Positions 60,592 to 62,258 of a stretch of 62,258 bases of DNA are shown here, in pieces. The stretch is from contig NW_014040325.1 in NCBI RefSeq assembly GCF_001186125.1, positions 5,046 to 67,303 on the forward strand, in the 5' to 3' direction. Source of the DNA: Sphaeroforma arctica JP610. Taxonomy: Eukaryota. The notes below the pieces were generated by a model that was not told the origin of the DNA, did no database searches, and was given only the letters and a program-made list of their open reading frames with translations. The translations under genes were made by a program, and so were the position numbers. Every line of letters starts with the position of its first letter. Position 1 is the first letter of the stretch.

Positions 60592-62056
60592 TGCGACTTA
60601 TTTTATCGCATGCGTCTTATATATGTGTCTTATACATGCAGCTATCGCGTGCGTCTTATACATGCAACTATCGCATGCGTCCTATACATGCAAATACTGC
60701 ATACGTCTTATACATGCAACTATCGCATGCATCAAATACATGCAACTATCGCAAACGTTTTATACATCCAGCTATCGCATACGTCTTATATATGCAACTA
60801 TCGCATGCGTCATATACATGTGTCTTATACATGCGTCTTATACATTCGTCTTATACATGCAACTATCGCGTGCGTCTTATACATGCAAATATTGCATGAG
60901 TCTTATACATGTAACTATCGCATGCATCTCATACATGCAACCATCGATATATGCCACATATTTAAGACGCATATATAGGACGAGACACATATATATTATG
61001 CCAGGTGACAGACACATATACATATTATGCCAGGCGACAGACACATATATATATTATGCATATATGAGACGCATATACAAAACGCATATATAAGACGCAT
61101 ATATAAGACGCATATATAAGAAGCAGATACAAGACGCATATATAAGACGCAGGCGATAGACGCATATATAAGACGCCGATATGAGACGCATATATAAGAT
61201 GCAGGCGACACACGCAGACAACAGACGCAGGCGACAGACGCAGGCAACAGACGCAGGCAACAGAAGTATATATCAGACGCATATATAAGAAGCATATATA
61301 AAAAGCATATATAAGACGCATGTATAGGACGCATTTATAAGACGCATATATAAAACGAATATATAAGACGCAGATATATGACGAATATATAAGACGCATA
61401 TATATGACGAACATATAAGACGCACATATAAGACGCATATATAAGACGCAGGCGATAGACGCAGGCGATAGACGCAGGCGATAGACGCAGGCGATAGACG
61501 CATATATATGACGCAGATATGAGACGCATATATAAACCGCATAAGACGCATATATAAAACGAATATATAAGACGCAGATATAAGACGCATATATAAAACG
61601 CATATATAAGACGTTTATATAGGAGATAAGACGCAGATATAAAACGCAGATATAAGACGAGATATAAGACGAATATATAAGACGCAGATATAAGACGCAT
61701 ATATAAGACGCATATATAAGAAGCATTTATAAGACGCAGATATAAAACGCATAAATAAGACGCTTGTATAAGACGCATATAAAAGACGCGTATATAAGAC
61801 GCATATATAAGACGCATATATAAAACGAATATATAAGACGCAGATATAAGACGCATATATAGAACACATATATAAGACGTATATATAAGAAACAGATTTA
61901 AGACGCAGATATAAAACGAAGATATAAGACGCAGATATAAGACGCAGATATAAGACGCAGATATAAACCGCAGATATAAGACGCAGATATGAACCGCAGA
62001 TATAAGACGCAGATATACGACGCTTGTATAAGACGCATATATAAGACGCAGGCGAC
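60592..62056. repeat. Satellite with GCGTCTTATA core in two opposite orientations
   Basis: 60592-60950 reads GCGTCTTATACATGCAACTATCGC; 60962-62056 reads TATAAGACGCA and GACGCAGGCGATAG, the reverse complement of the same core. Confidence 0.9.
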
Positions 62057-62091
62057 AGATGTAATAAGCTGGGCCACCACACTAGACTCGA

Positions 62092-62258
62092 TGTATAAAC
62101 GTACTCTTAAGCAGTACGCAAATTATAAACGTACTCTTAATAGTACGAGGAACTTGAGTTTCCTTAATGTACTCTTAATAGTACGAGGAACTTAAGTCTC
62201 TTTAATGTACTCTTAATAGTACGAGGAAATTAAGTCTCCTAAATGTAATCTTAATAGT
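62092..62258 (+). repeat. 38-bp tandem repeat running off the window end
   Basis: GTACTCTTAATAGTACGAGGAACTTAAGTCTC..TAAT occurs at least three times. Confidence 0.9.

Noticed and set aside
60591..62082. Long ORFs rich in YMRLIYASYICVL
   Set aside because: They are translations of satellite DNA, open in several frames on both strands.
60130..62258. CRISPR-like appearance of the 35-bp and 38-bp repeats
   Set aside because: Units are contiguous with no unique spacers, there are no cas genes, and the context is eukaryotic.

Overview
Intron-rich eukaryotic nuclear DNA from a draft assembly with N gaps, GT-AG introns (mostly GTATGT/GTAAGT/GTGAGT donors) and many (TA)n/(TG)n microsatellites. Gene content and intron style suggest a non-animal opisthokont, possibly a unicellular holozoan, but this is not verifiable here. 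Manual splicing gives: a partial orphan gene (+, 236 to >5347); a decayed Ty1/copia RT fragment; two identical, atypical tRNA-Asn(GTT) genes bracketing 2.8 kb of decayed coding-like DNA; an 18-exon, ~1330-aa, mostly disordered protein (-) with a UBZ4 zinc finger and a C-terminal SPIKxFV/RG-rich motif recalling animal RAP80/UIMC1; proteasome ATPase RPT6/PSMC5 (+, 10 exons) whose introns hold several duplicated copies of its own splice junctions; BUB2/Cdc16 TBC GAP (-, 8 exons); mitochondrial AspRS DARS2 (+, 12 exons); a small LEA-like hydrophilin (-) with a G-quadruplex repeat upstream; a GGQ release-factor homologue MTRFR/C12orf65 (-, 3 exons); and a terminal satellite block that flips orientation (foldback-like). 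Exon coordinates were derived by eye and checked for phase continuity only. No database search was run; homology calls rest on recalled motifs.
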